Shown here: in pieces, positions 62,277 to 64,000 of the stretch
Position numbering within the stretch: position 1 is the first letter of the stretch
Layout: the number at the start of each line of letters is the position of its first letter
NCBI GenBank assembly: GCA_934621385.1
Contig: CAKTUI010000003.1
Coordinates: 17,998 to 81,997 of the forward strand
DNA length: 64,000 nucleotides
Origin: an uncultured Kiritimatiellota bacterium
Lineage (GTDB): Bacteria > Verrucomicrobiota > Kiritimatiellia > RFP12 > UBA1067
Reading direction: 5' to 3'
The notes under the pieces: model-generated
Database searches by the model: none
What the model saw: the letters and a program-made list of their open reading frames with translations, nothing else
Told to the model about the DNA's origin: nothing
Translations under genes and position numbers: made by a program

Positions 62277-63214
62277 CACCGCATCACCTCCTTCGCCCAC
62301 GCAACCATCTGGCGAATCCCAGTCTTAAAATCCGTCTCCGGCCTCCACCCGAAGGCCTGCTCAATCGTTGAGAAATCCCCATAGATACCATGCTGGTCAC
62401 CTGGCGTCCCCGCGACATAATCAACACGGACATGGTCACCAATGTTTGTGCAGATCTGCGCTATCACCTCTTCAACGGTCGTTGGAATTCCCGTACAAAC
62501 ATTATACGTATGGTACCCGTACCCTTTCTCTGCGGATAAAAGAACGGCCCGCACAACATCCGTCACGTTCACAAAATCACGGAATCGATCCTTCGCGCCC
62601 TTGACGATGATATGCCGATCCTTGAGCGCCATCGCCAAATAAATGCTTGCCATCCCCTGCTTCAAGTTATCAAGATTCTGCCCTATTCCATAGACATTAA
62701 AGAATCGAAGAGCCGTACAATGGATGCCGAACATCGAACTAAAGATGCGCATATAATTCTCACTCGCCAGCTTCCCAACGGCATAGAAGCTCTTGGGTGT
62801 CGTTTTCGTCTCCTCACAAACCTTTGGATTCTCCGGGTGATCCCCGTAAACAGACATACTTGAAGCGTAAACGAACTTGGTGCACCCCGTATTACGGGCA
62901 AGATTCAGCAAAAGCAAGGTCGACTGTGCATTTGTCTGCAAATCATAAACAGGATCCTCAAAACTAATCTCGCCCGAACTCTGCCCCGCAATATGAATGA
63001 TGGCATCGAACTTGACACTTCTAAGTTCCTCAATTATTGCTGCATCCTGGACATTCCCATGAATAAACCGACATCCCGGCGGAACAACGTCCCTTTTCCC
63101 CGTGGACAAATTATCAATCGTGATCACTTCATGCCCCAGATCCAACAAGGCCCGAGCAACACACGATCCAATAAACCCAGCCGCGCCAGTGACCAAATAC
63201 CTCTTTTGTTCCAT
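62276..63214 (-). CDS. NAD-dependent sugar epimerase/dehydratase (extended SDR)
   Basis: VTGAAGFIGS, SSMSVYG, YAVGK. Confidence 0.8.
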   Translation of the reverse strand: MEQKRYLVTGAAGFIGSCVARALLDLGHEVITIDNLSTGKRDVVPPGCRFIHGNVQDAAIIEELRSVKFDAIIHIAGQSSGEISFEDPVYDLQTNAQSTLLLLNLARNTGCTKFVYASSMSVYGDHPENPKVCEETKTTPKSFYAVGKLASENYMRIFSSMFGIHCTALRFFNVYGIGQNLDNLKQGMASIYLAMALKDRHIIVKGAKDRFRDFVNVTDVVRAVLLSAEKGYGYHTYNVCTGIPTTVEEVIAQICTNIGDHVRVDYVAGTPGDQHGIYGDFSTIEQAFGWRPETDFKTGIRQMVAWAKEVMR

Positions 63215-63228
63215 TTGAAACTACCTCC

Positions 63229-63948
63229 TCAATAATGAATGCCATTCGCCCGCAACCATGACTCGGATCTCCGAATGTCATCCATGTCATGCACGTCAAA
63301 ACAGTCTTTTACGACAATAGGCTTGATGTTATTCCCCATAAAACTCCAAGGGGGCTGTCCAGCGACATCCGAGTAAAGCGAGTTACGCAGATTCAATGTC
63401 CAAAAATTATGGCACAGATAGTAACAGGCACACAAATCTTGCCGATTCGTTGAAATCTGCTTCCCCGTAAAATCAAAGAATGTATCAAGACACCCATCCG
63501 CCCTCAATTTCTTAGCCCGAAACGGATGATGATCCTGATCCATTTCTACGGGGCAGACGGCCGAGAGCTGCGGATTGTCGAGAATGGCCTGAATGGACTC
63601 GCGAATCCATTCCATTTTCACAATTGCCGAATTGGCCAGCAAAACAACAAGTATATCAGGCTCGACACCATCGTCCTTCATGACAGATAGCGCATGCAGA
63701 ATCGCATCCACATGCTGCGCGGTCGGAAGCGCAAGCTCTGCAGGCCGAAGAATCTTTCGGTAGCCACAATCAGCAGCCGCCTGCAAGATCTTCGGGCAAT
63801 CGCTTGATACATAGAAGTCCGTGATACCTGGACAAGTACGAGCAGCCATTGCTGGATAGTAAAGGAGAGGATGCCCCGCAACTGGCAAAATATTCTTGTC
63901 CTTCAGCGTATTGTTTCCCCGTCCTGTCAATAGTGCCGCGATGCGCAT
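63229..63948 (-). CDS. Acylneuraminate cytidylyltransferase-family (CMP-sugar synthetase) protein
   Basis: MRIAALLTGRGNNTLKDKNILPVAGHPLLYYP parallels the IPARGGSKGIP-KNI..GKPLI N-terminus of NeuA/KdsB-like enzymes. Confidence 0.6.
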   Translation of the reverse strand: MRIAALLTGRGNNTLKDKNILPVAGHPLLYYPAMAARTCPGITDFYVSSDCPKILQAAADCGYRKILRPAELALPTAQHVDAILHALSVMKDDGVEPDILVVLLANSAIVKMEWIRESIQAILDNPQLSAVCPVEMDQDHHPFRAKKLRADGCLDTFFDFTGKQISTNRQDLCACYYLCHNFWTLNLRNSLYSDVAGQPPWSFMGNNIKPIVVKDCFDVHDMDDIRRSESWLRANGIHY

Positions 63949-64000
63949 CAGTAGGCTCCTTTCTGAAAAACCACGGAAAGAGCCGTCTGAAGAACAATCC

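Overview
About 60% GC Gram-negative-type chromosome segment. Taxonomy is only a guess: the giant RHS protein with TSP3 repeats and the many glycan genes look PVC-superphylum-like. (1) 1-8400 is a scar zone. It holds an RHS core fragment with an in-frame TAG, a 3'-disrupted M14 peptidase gene, internal fragments of lysS, fpg and a xylR-like gene, an intact GH27 alpha-galactosidase, an internally deleted IS remnant, and a promoter-driven structured non-coding stretch. (2) 8800-30800 is an accessory island. A promoter/tRNA-like/terminator mini-gene sits at the left end; DUF2924, a large serine recombinase and tRNA-Val sit at the right end. Its core is one ~18.5 kb nearly gap-free minus-strand gene train (9106-27587). 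In transcription order it carries an orphan methyltransferase-specificity fusion, a truncated HsdM_N protein, a YkgJ Cys-cluster protein, a tiny membrane protein, a 409-aa unknown protein, a motor-only FtsK-like ATPase, a 2516-aa RHS toxin with membrane immunity candidates, and a low-GC tail (HNH_5-like, 111-aa, SMEK-like and cytoplasmic trypsin-like protease ORFs). The two uncharacterised modules in this train are my best candidates for an undescribed conflict system. (3) 30800-55200 is core metabolism (argH, mraY-like, truA, trpF, prmA, lysC, hom, purN, xseB, GH2, acyl-CoA ligase, wecE). It also holds two copies of an unrecognised ~110-bp palindrome-array element and a GHKL ATPase translationally coupled to xseB. 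(4) 55200-64000 has tRNA-Pro, an integrase scar and a low-GC glycan/O-antigen-type cluster. No CRISPR array, rRNA or prophage structural genes were seen. All calls come from reading translations and motifs by eye; no database search was run.
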